NCBI GenBank assembly: GCA_041577295.1 | Contig: JBFGJG010000062.1 | Span: 1-20,874 of the forward strand | Direction: 5' to 3' | Length of the DNA: 20,874 nucleotides | Source of the DNA: Gemmatimonadales bacterium | Lineage (GTDB): Bacteria > Gemmatimonadota > Gemmatimonadetes > Gemmatimonadales > GWC2-71-9 | In this document: piece by piece, positions 1-7,471 of the stretch | Layout: each line of letters opens with the position of its first letter | How positions within the stretch are numbered: position 1 is the stretch's first letter | Program-made: the position numbers and the translations under genes | The notes under the pieces: generated by a model | What the model saw: the letters and a program-made list of their open reading frames with translations, nothing else | Told to the model about the DNA's origin: nothing | The model's database searches: none

Positions 1-1745
1 AGCTGGTGGCGCCCATCGGGCCAGATCACCTCCAGGCTGTCGACACGATCGGCAGGACCGAGCCCAAAGTGAACCTTGTCATCCATGCTAGAGATGTATC
101 CCCGGTATGGGGTGTGGTACACGTATTGTCGTTGTCCCCTGGCCACGAGCATCACCGACGACCCAACCCCGCGGTTGTTGGGAGGTTCACCTTCGAGCGC
201 GACCTGCAGATAGTGACCGGCGTCGGCAATGGGTTGAACGTTCTGGTAGATAAACGCGGGAGCATCGATGTTGTTGATGACGACATCGAGCCGGCCATCG
301 TTGTTGAGATCGGCATGCGCCGCACCATAGGAGAACCCTGAGTGGTTCATCCCCCACGTCACGGTCTCGTCGCTGAACGTCAGATCTCCACGATTGCGGA
401 AGGCGTAGTTCGTTGCTTCGTAGGTGTCCAGCTCCTCCAGGATCTTGAGCCCTCTTTCTCGATCATCATTCTGACGGGCGGAGTACATCTCGATCTGATA
501 GTCAAAATCGATCACCGCTTTGGGATACCCGTTGGTGACGAGAATATCCTTGAACCCATCATTATCGTAGTCGCCAAAGAGGACACTCCAGCTCCAGTGC
601 GTGTACGCGACACCCGCCAGACGCGAGATCTCACTGAAGCTGATCGATCCGTCCTGCATGAGCCCGTTGTTGAGTTGCAGCGTGTTGACGTTGTAATCAT
701 GGCGAAACCCACGGCGGCGCAGCTCCATGAAACCCCGATAGGTCGTAGCTCCCGCCATTCGCTTTCGGGCCGCCAAATCCTCCGGCGCCATGTCCGTTTG
801 AAAGATGTCGGGCCAGCCGTCGTTGTTGAAATCCGCGATGTCGATGCCCATGCCCGCAAAGCTCGTATGCAGAAGCCACTCGCCGGCTTTGTCGGTAAAC
901 GTGCCGTCACCATTGTTCACGTACAGCACGTCGCTGGGGGTGTCGTCGTTGGAGATATAGAGATCGGGCCACCCATCCGCGTTCAAGTCCGTAACTACGA
1001 CGCCGAGTCCAAATCCCACCTCGGCCAAGATCCCCGCTTCCCTCGAGACGTCGGTAAAGGTCCCGTTGCCGTTGTTTCGATAGAGCCTATCGTGGCTAGC
1101 GGTGCTCTTGCTGGCGACACCGGCGGGGTGTCTCTCGGCCTCACCCCGAGCGAACTCGCCCGGGTTATTCCCGAGCAGATAGAGATCGAGGTAACCGTCT
1201 CGATCGGAATCGAAGAAGACTGCGTGGGTCGTAAACCCCGTATCATCGATACGGTATTCTGCAGCGGCCTCTCGAAAGGTTAGATCTCCATTGTTGAGGA
1301 ATAGCAAATTGGCCCGTTCGGCCGGTGTGGACCATTCAGGTCCGGACACCGATATGTAGATGTCGAGATAGCCATCACTATTGATGTCCACGACGCTCGC
1401 GCCGGATGCCCATCGGTCGGTCGCAAGTCCCGCGGACTCGGTGATGTCCTCGAACCGCATGTCTCCTTTGTTCAGATAGAGACGGCTCGAGACCATGTTC
1501 CCGGTCAAGAAGATGTCCGCTAAACCATCGTTATCGAAATCACCGATGGCGACCCCGCCACCATTGTAGATCAGGGCATCCGTTTGAACGTTCACGGAGT
1601 CCGTGGTCGTCACGGTATTGGTGAACGTGACCCCGGTTTCACTCGGGGGCAGGAGCCTGAACATCGGCACGGCCTGTCGGTCACGACCACAACTCTGCAG
1701 GGCAAGACACGACAGCAACAGCACAACCAGACGTCTCTGTTTCAT
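1..1745 (-). CDS. VCBS/FG-GAP repeat + ASPIC/UnbV domain lipoprotein (CRTAC1-like), 3'-partial
   Basis: Hand translation from ATG 1745 is open to the window edge (~581 codons). N-terminus MKQRRLVVLLLSCLALQSC has a lipobox (LQSC). Repeated DxDxDG-type motifs (GDFDNDGLADIF, DINSDGYLDIY, DLNADGWPDLY, DFNNDGWPDIF, DYDNDGFKDIL, DLNNDGRLDVV) and an ASPIC/UnbV signature (RGYISSMDDKVHFGLG...VDSLEVIWPDG). Confidence 0.92.
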   Translation of the reverse strand, partial: MKQRRLVVLLLSCLALQSCGRDRQAVPMFRLLPPSETGVTFTNTVTTTDSVNVQTDALIYNGGGVAIGDFDNDGLADIFLTGNMVSSRLYLNKGDMRFEDITESAGLATDRWASGASVVDINSDGYLDIYISVSGPEWSTPAERANLLFLNNGDLTFREAAAEYRIDDTGFTTHAVFFDSDRDGYLDLYLLGNNPGEFARGEAERHPAGVASKSTASHDRLYRNNGNGTFTDVSREAGILAEVGFGLGVVVTDLNADGWPDLYISNDDTPSDVLYVNNGDGTFTDKAGEWLLHTSFAGMGIDIADFNNDGWPDIFQTDMAPEDLAARKRMAGATTYRGFMELRRRGFRHDYNVNTLQLNNGLMQDGSISFSEISRLAGVAYTHWSWSVLFGDYDNDGFKDILVTNGYPKAVIDFDYQIEMYSARQNDDRERGLKILEELDTYEATNYAFRNRGDLTFSDETVTWGMNHSGFSYGAAHADLNNDGRLDVVINNIDAPAFIYQNVQPIADAGHYLQVALEGEPPNNRGVGSSVMLVARGQRQYVYHTPYRGYISSMDDKVHFGLGPADRVDSLEVIWPDGRHQ

Positions 1746-1876
1746 GAGATCAAAAGGCCCCTTCACCGGGGCTTCTGTTCGGAGATTCCCTACGTTTGTT
1801 ACCCACGGGTCACGGCTCACCAAGTCCCGCGGGTTACCTCCCATCTGTCTGCTCACGCTGAACGAAGACGTACTCC

Positions 1877-2683
1877 CTACAGAGAGCGGCGATACGGCCC
1901 GGAATGGGCCGTCGGCTCTGGCTCGTAGAGATCCTTGGGGTCTGCAGCGGCTAGCTCCACGAAAAAGCGGCTCAATCGCTCGACAACCGCAGACACGTAT
2001 CGTTCGCCTTTCTGCGCACTGGCGGCTGCGGGATCACCAATCCCCGTGTCCGTAGACACCTGGGTCCACTGGCGCGGCGCCCACGCCCACCCTTCGCGAA
2101 ACGCCGCGATGCGAAACCGCCGCTCCTTGCCTTCACCGGCTTCGGATAAAGGGCGAACGATCGGCGGCGCGACGTGCATCATCACGCTCGTCTCCATCTC
2201 CCCCGCGTGATCCCCAAGATTGTCGAAATAATCGTCCGGCGGCACGATCTGGTACCAGTTCGTTACGCAAAGAAACATCCTCACACTTGGTTGAAGCTGG
2301 CGGATCATCCAACGAAAGTCGTTTCCGCCGTGCCCGTTCAGGATTACCAGCTTGCGGACACCCTGGCCCTCGAGACCACGCACGATATCCCCCAGCACGG
2401 CTGCCTGCGTGCTCGGGTTGAGATTGACACAGAATGGGATGTCGAGCTGGCCGGTCTGGACTCCGAAAGGAATACTGGGCAACACCCCCACGCGCGCCCC
2501 AGCATCCCAAGCCAGCCGGGCGGCCTCGGCAGCGACGTGATCACACTGAACGGTGTCGGTGCCATACGGAAGATGGTAGTTGTGCGCCTCGGTCGCCCCC
2601 CAAGGAAGAACGGCAACCTCGTACGCCAGCTCCCGAATGGCTTTCCACGTCGTCTCAGCGAGTATGTACGGCCTGGCAGACAT
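1877..2683 (-). CDS. Creatininase family amidohydrolase (268 aa)
   Basis: Motifs PWGATEAHNYHLPYGTD, NGHGGN and DHAGEMETS. Start placed at ATG 2683 (MSARPYILAETTW) rather than 2770. Confidence 0.9.
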   Translation of the reverse strand: MSARPYILAETTWKAIRELAYEVAVLPWGATEAHNYHLPYGTDTVQCDHVAAEAARLAWDAGARVGVLPSIPFGVQTGQLDIPFCVNLNPSTQAAVLGDIVRGLEGQGVRKLVILNGHGGNDFRWMIRQLQPSVRMFLCVTNWYQIVPPDDYFDNLGDHAGEMETSVMMHVAPPIVRPLSEAGEGKERRFRIAAFREGWAWAPRQWTQVSTDTGIGDPAAASAQKGERYVSAVVERLSRFFVELAAADPKDLYEPEPTAHSGPYRRSL

Positions 2684-2783
2684 TTTCACGGACTGAATAG
2701 CGGACGCGATATCACCAGACCCATCGCAACATGCTGATTGAACGGCCCTCGACACATCAGATACCGCCATCGACGGATTCGCA

Positions 2784-2832
2784 ACACGGAAAACAGAACT
2801 CGACGAATACCGGCAATGTATTTCCGTGTCAA
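2784..2832 (-). promoter_or_regulatory. Putative sigma70-like promoter for the creatininase gene, overlapped by a 9-bp inverted repeat
   Basis: Minus strand TTGACA (2832-2827), 17 bp, TATTCG (2809-2804; weak -10). Inverted repeat ACACGGAAA (2784-2792) / TTTCCGTGT (2821-2829). Confidence 0.4.
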
Positions 2833-2960
2833 GGATCGCAGCGCGCCCTTGCGCTCACGTGCCGCCAGGCGCACCATCCCCCACCCATCCTACAGAAGCG
2901 GACGGGAAAGCACATGATGCTCAGATATCGCAAGGTCGCGCAACCGGACGGCGCCAACTG

Positions 2961-4313
2961 ATGTCGGCCGGTGCCCTCGCGGGTCTGGTGGTGCTCGGCA
3001 TCGCCATCCTGCTCGTTTTGTTGGTCGTGGTCCGCCTCCACGCCTTCATTGCATTGCTCGTCACGAGCCTCGTCGTTGCCGTGCTGGGCGGCATTCCACT
3101 CGGCGAGATCGCAGATCTCATTCAGCGAGAGATGGGCAGCACCCTGGGATACATCGCCGTGGTCATCGGCGTGGGAGCAATGTTCGGCGAGATGCTGCAA
3201 CGATCCGGAGGCGCTCGCTCCATCGCGGACACCCTGCTCCGTGTGTTCGGAGACCGCTACTCACCCTGGGCATTGGGATTGACCGGCCTCATCGTGGCGG
3301 TGCCGGTGTTCTTTGACGTCGCCTTGATCCTCTTCATCCCGTTGGTGTACAGCTTGGCTCGGCGTAGTGGCCGCTCCACGCTGTTCTACGCTATCCCGCT
3401 CCTTGCAGGAATCGCTGTCGCCCATTCCTTCATTCCGCCAACACCGGGACCGGTGGCGGTGGCCGGTCTCTTGGGAGCCGACCTGGGTTGGGTGATCGCG
3501 CTTGGTGTCGTCGCCGGCATTCCTGCCACGATCGTCGGCGGGATCTGGTTTGGCCGCCGCATCTCGAGCCGAGTCCATCTCGACGTGCCTGAGTTCATGC
3601 ATTTGCCGGAAGAGACATCGGAACCGCAAACGGTGGCCAACGCACCCGGTTTCGCCCTGGCGGCGGGGCTCATTGCCCTTCCTCTGGTTCTTATCCTCCT
3701 TGGCACAGCCTCGTCGGTCGCCTTGCCCGGCGACCATCGCATGCGAAGCGTGCTGGCCTTTGTCGGGCACCCGTTCACGGCCCTCATCGCCGCCACGCTC
3801 CTCTCGTTCTACGTCCTCGGAACTCGCTTGGGGTTCTCGCGCGACGACGTGCGAAAGATGGCAACGAAGTCACTCGAGCCGGTGGGTCTCATCATTCTCG
3901 TCACCGGGGCCGGCGGTGTGTTCGGGAAGGTCCTCGTCGCAACGGGCGTCGGTGCCGCCGTGGCCGATTGGATGGCCACCTCGCGGCTTCCGCTCGTTGT
4001 GCTGGCCTTTCTCATCGCCATGGTCGTCCGTGTGGCTCAGGGATCGGCAACCGTATCAATGGTGACGGCGGCCGGCCTGATGGCGCCAATCATCGAGGCG
4101 ATGACCATCTCGCCAGCTCTCGTGGCGGCAACGGTCATTGCCATCGCATCCGGTGCGACCGTACTCTCCCACGTCAACGACTCGGGCTTTTGGCTGGTCA
4201 ACCGCTACCTCGGCATGACGGAGAGACAGACCCTTCGTGTGTGGACGGTAATGGAGACCGTGGTAGGGCTCACGGGCTTTGGGGTCGTGCTGGTGCTGTC
4301 GTTTTTCCTTTAG
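2961..4313 (+). CDS. gntP: GntP family gluconate/aldonate:H+ symporter (450 aa)
   Basis: Polytopic hydrophobic protein with GntP motifs RLHAFIALL, PVFFDV, PPTPGP, RVAQGSATV and SHVNDSGFW. Start placed at ATG 2961. Confidence 0.9.
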   Translation: MSAGALAGLVVLGIAILLVLLVVVRLHAFIALLVTSLVVAVLGGIPLGEIADLIQREMGSTLGYIAVVIGVGAMFGEMLQRSGGARSIADTLLRVFGDRYSPWALGLTGLIVAVPVFFDVALILFIPLVYSLARRSGRSTLFYAIPLLAGIAVAHSFIPPTPGPVAVAGLLGADLGWVIALGVVAGIPATIVGGIWFGRRISSRVHLDVPEFMHLPEETSEPQTVANAPGFALAAGLIALPLVLILLGTASSVALPGDHRMRSVLAFVGHPFTALIAATLLSFYVLGTRLGFSRDDVRKMATKSLEPVGLIILVTGAGGVFGKVLVATGVGAAVADWMATSRLPLVVLAFLIAMVVRVAQGSATVSMVTAAGLMAPIIEAMTISPALVAATVIAIASGATVLSHVNDSGFWLVNRYLGMTERQTLRVWTVMETVVGLTGFGVVLVLSFFL

Positions 4314-4666
4314 TGTGAATGCTTGACGGCCCTGGCTCCCTGACGGCGCAAGGCGACCGAACCTCACGTTCTCTCTGGGTCCATCGAGTGCGTCGAGACC
4401 ACCCGCAACCGCCGCCCGCGTAGTGAAGCCACCATCGACCACATCCCGGCCCTCACTCCTAACTGCCTTTTAAGTCCGCCCCGTGGCAGCTCAACAACAC
4501 GGCGCATCTTGCCGCCGCATCAGACGACCGCGATATTCATCGCGTGACTGACCGCGGATCCGTCCACCCCGGATCCCCATCAGTCGGTACCCCCGGGTCA
4601 AAACCGCCAACTCCTGGCGGCCGTGGCCGGGGGCGTTGTGTATGGGTCGAATCGACCGGAGGCGTT

Positions 4667-5845
4667 ATGAAGATCCGATTTGCCCTCGCCGCCCTGCTCG
4701 TCACCTGTTTTGCGATCAGCATTCCACAACCACTCGAGGGACAGCTCCCACGGAAGCTCAAAGACGCGAAGAAGGCGGTAGAAGGTAAAGTCCAGCAACC
4801 GACGGCAGACACCACGACGACAACTACCGCACCCAGCACCACCACCGCCGAAGCGGCACCCGTGGATCCCAAAGTGTGGGACAACTACGATTTCGTTCCC
4901 GGTAACAGGGTGCTGTTTTTCACGGACTTCTCCGAGGATCGCGTCGGCAACTTCGCCCGCGGACTGAAATATCGGTCCGGATCCATGGACGTGGTGGAAC
5001 GGGACAGCGTCCGGATGCTGCGGGCGACCACTCGTTCCGAGTTTCTGATTCCCGTCGGTTCGAGGCTTCCCGAGCGCTTCACGCTCGAGTTGGACATCCT
5101 TGCTCCCGCAGCCCAGACCGGTGGATACGATCTCGTCGCGTTCGAGGGTGGTCCCGAGCTCGACCGCGGCACCGGCTCCGCCGAGGTCAACTGGAATACG
5201 AACGGGACCCTGATCATCGGCGGCGGGCAGAACCCGGGCACGAGTGACGTCACGATCCCCGACGCCATGCAACCGCTGCTTCGAGGACAGGTGGCGCATC
5301 TCCGTGTCCTGATGGATGGTGCCTACTTCAAGCTTTATGTGAATGAACGACGGATGTACAACATCCCAGAGCTTGGGTTCAAGCGCGACTCGGTCATCCG
5401 CATCTTCGTACGTGGCTCCGAAGAGCCGGGGATGGCGCTGTTTGTCACCCAGATCCGCGTAGCCGAGAGCGAAACCGACGTCTTGTACGACGCACTCGCC
5501 GCCGAAGGCCGGTGGTCAACGCAGGGCATTCTGTTCGCGACCGGCAAGGCCGAACTCCGGCCGGAATCCCGCCCCGTGCTCAAGGAGATCGCGGCTACGA
5601 TGAAGGATCACGCGGACCTGAACATCCTGATCGAAGGCCACACCGACAACGTCGGGAAGGCGGAGTTCAACTTGAAGCTCAGCGATGCGCGTGCCGCCGC
5701 CGTCAAGGATGCGCTCGTGCGGGACTTCGGAATCGACGAAGGCCGGATTACGACACAGGGGCTTGGAGATACGAAACCGGTTCAGCCGAACACGACGCCG
5801 GAAGGGAGAGCGCAAAACCGCCGGGTCGACATCGTGAAGCTCTGA
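4667..5845 (+). CDS. Exported OmpA-like C-terminal (peptidoglycan-binding) domain protein (392 aa)
   Basis: GGAGG RBS at 4658-4662 before ATG 4667. Signal peptide MKIRFALAALLVTCFAISIPQPLEG, then a Thr-rich linker. C-terminal OmpA_C motifs ILFATGKA, IEGHTDNVG, NLKLSDARAAAV, GLGDTKP and NRRVDI. Confidence 0.9.
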   Translation: MKIRFALAALLVTCFAISIPQPLEGQLPRKLKDAKKAVEGKVQQPTADTTTTTTAPSTTTAEAAPVDPKVWDNYDFVPGNRVLFFTDFSEDRVGNFARGLKYRSGSMDVVERDSVRMLRATTRSEFLIPVGSRLPERFTLELDILAPAAQTGGYDLVAFEGGPELDRGTGSAEVNWNTNGTLIIGGGQNPGTSDVTIPDAMQPLLRGQVAHLRVLMDGAYFKLYVNERRMYNIPELGFKRDSVIRIFVRGSEEPGMALFVTQIRVAESETDVLYDALAAEGRWSTQGILFATGKAELRPESRPVLKEIAATMKDHADLNILIEGHTDNVGKAEFNLKLSDARAAAVKDALVRDFGIDEGRITTQGLGDTKPVQPNTTPEGRAQNRRVDIVKL

Positions 5846-5848
5846 GAC

Positions 5849-5938
5849 GACTAGGGGGAACGGCCTCCCTTCGCGGGCGGCGGTTGCGGATGGTCACCGC
5901 ACCGCCGTCCCGCGTCGGGGGCCCGCTCCCCCCTAGTC
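5849..5938. repeat. 90-bp imperfect palindrome (REP/MITE-like hairpin) between convergent genes
   Basis: Perfect terminal inverted repeat GACTAGGGGG (5849-5858) / CCCCCTAGTC (5929-5938). Inner arms CGCGGG/CCCGCG, CGGCGGT/ACCGCCG and TGCGG/CCGCA. No U-tract on either side. Confidence 0.75.
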
Positions 5939-6445
5939 CTACTTCCTACTCCACCCCTCACTGCCCTTCAGACCCGCTACCACTGCGTCGACCACCGCCG
6001 CCAGGTCTTGGTTGGCATCAACCACCAGCGCTTCACTCGGCTCCTCTAAAGCCTCGAACTGTGAAGCGAGCAGATTTGGATCGAAGAAGTGACCGCGCCG
6101 TTCGCTGAGGCGACGTTCGAACACCTCAGGCGAGCCACGTAGGTAGACGAATTGGATCTCGGCTCTCCCCGCTAACAGAAACACGCGGTAATCCTTCTTG
6201 AGGGCCGAGCACGCCACAACGGCTGACCGTCCAGCTGCGGCATGTTCCGCGATGACGTCACGAACGCGCTCGAGCCAGGGCCATCGATCCTCATCGGTCA
6301 GCGGAACCCCATCTCTCATCTTCTCGATGTTGCGGGCCGGATGAAGGTCGTCGCCATCCACGAAGGACCATCCCATCCGTCGTGCCACACGCTCTCCGAC
6401 CGCCGTCTTTCCGGCGCCGGATACGCCCATCACCACAACGATCAC
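5939..6445 (-). CDS. gntK: Gluconokinase (GntK/IdnK type, 168 aa)
   Basis: Walker A MGVSGAGKT, plus DGDDLHP, PLTDEDRWPWL, ACSALKK and GHFF...SQFEALEEP. Confidence 0.95.
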   Translation of the reverse strand: MIVVVMGVSGAGKTAVGERVARRMGWSFVDGDDLHPARNIEKMRDGVPLTDEDRWPWLERVRDVIAEHAAAGRSAVVACSALKKDYRVFLLAGRAEIQFVYLRGSPEVFERRLSERRGHFFDPNLLASQFEALEEPSEALVVDANQDLAAVVDAVVAGLKGSEGWSRK

Positions 6446-6446
6446 G

Positions 6447-7469
6447 CTACTGGAGCCGCAGTCGTAGCAGCAGGCTGTCCGCGGTCATGTACAGCGTGGT
6501 GCGATTCTGATCGAAGGCAGCGTTCGCGGTGGCCTGCGTGGTCCGGATGGTGCCCAGATGCCGACCGGCGGAAGAGAAAACGAGAACACCTCCGGGCCCC
6601 GTAGCGAACACGTTGCCGGCGCCGTCTACTTTGAGCCCGTCGGGCAGGCCGGGTTGCTCGCCCACCCACTGTGTCGCGTCGAAAAAGACGCGCGCGTTCT
6701 CGACGCGGCCGGAGGGTAGCAGATCGTACGCCATCCAGATGGCGCGCTCGGGATCGGAATTGGCGACGTAGAGTGTTCTCTCATCGGGTGAAAGCGCAAT
6801 GCCATTTGGACGCGACAGCTCGTCTGTCAAAAGCGTCACGGCACCATCGGTCCCGAGGCGGTACACACCGTTGAACGCCAGTTCTTTGGTCGGGTCGTTC
6901 GGGCCTTCCGGCAAGCCATACGGTGGATCGGTAAAATAGAGCGCGCCGCGGCTGTCGAATACCGCGTCGTTGGGACTGCTGAAACGCTTGCCGCGGTAGC
7001 GATCGGCGAGCGTTGTGAAGCGGGGCTCGGGTGCGGTCAGGGGAGCATCCAGACGCGCGACTCGGCGATCGCCGTGTTGGCACAGGACGAGCCGACCTTC
7101 GCGATCGAGCAGCAAGCCGTTTGACCCGGGCTCGCCCCCTCGCTCCACGTCACCGGTGTAGCCGGAGGGCTCGAGCCAAACCTCATGACCCGCGCCCTCC
7201 CTCCATCGATAGATCCTGTTGCGTGGAACGTCCGAAAACAGGAGGTACCGTCCAGCTTCGATCCACACGGGACCTTCCGACCAATCGAATCCCTCGGCTA
7301 AGACCTCGATAGCAGCATTCGCTGAGATGAGCGAGTCGATTGCTGGGTCGAGACGCTCAATGGTCCCGATCGTCCTGTAGGTGGTCATACCCCTCGCCTC
7401 CGCCTCGTCGGCGGAGCGGTCGCCGACGCAGGCCGCGAGCAGTGGTAGCAAGAGCAGGATTCTCGTCAC
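6447..7469 (-). CDS. SMP-30/gluconolactonase family lipoprotein (340 aa)
   Basis: Motifs SEGPVW, LLFSDVP, GSNGL, SPND, FTDPPYG, PNGIALSPD and PDGLKVD. GTG start at 7469 gives MTRILLLLPLLAAC (lipobox LAAC), 2 bp from the upstream stop. Confidence 0.9.
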   Translation of the reverse strand: MTRILLLLPLLAACVGDRSADEAEARGMTTYRTIGTIERLDPAIDSLISANAAIEVLAEGFDWSEGPVWIEAGRYLLFSDVPRNRIYRWREGAGHEVWLEPSGYTGDVERGGEPGSNGLLLDREGRLVLCQHGDRRVARLDAPLTAPEPRFTTLADRYRGKRFSSPNDAVFDSRGALYFTDPPYGLPEGPNDPTKELAFNGVYRLGTDGAVTLLTDELSRPNGIALSPDERTLYVANSDPERAIWMAYDLLPSGRVENARVFFDATQWVGEQPGLPDGLKVDGAGNVFATGPGGVLVFSSAGRHLGTIRTTQATANAAFDQNRTTLYMTADSLLLRLRLQ

Positions 7470-7471
7470 GG

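Noticed and set aside
421..480. Apparent frameshift in the ASPIC/UnbV gene
   Set aside because: Careful re-reading gives ...CGA GAA AGA GGG CTC AAG ATC..., so the frame is continuous.
6..1283. Plus-strand ORFs 6-341 and 342-1283
   Set aside because: Antisense shadows of the minus-strand ASPIC/UnbV lipoprotein, with no motifs of their own.
1798..1850. Palindrome GTTACCC-AC-GGGTCAC and two imperfect ~24-bp tandem units, loosely GntR-operator-like
   Set aside because: Spacing does not fit the TGTTA-N4-TAACA operator, and there are only two degenerate copies. Not a CRISPR or a supportable site.
2826..2960. Long N-terminal extensions given by the ORF track (gntP here; similarly creatininase, OmpA-like, lactonase, nagB, lipocalin-like)
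   Set aside because: Downstream starts fit the RBS, signal peptides and family N-termini better. The extensions are low-complexity read-through typical of GC-rich DNA.
4810..4848. ACC/ACG/ACA triplet-rich run
   Set aside because: Encodes the Thr-rich linker with mixed codons, so it is not a phase-variable repeat.
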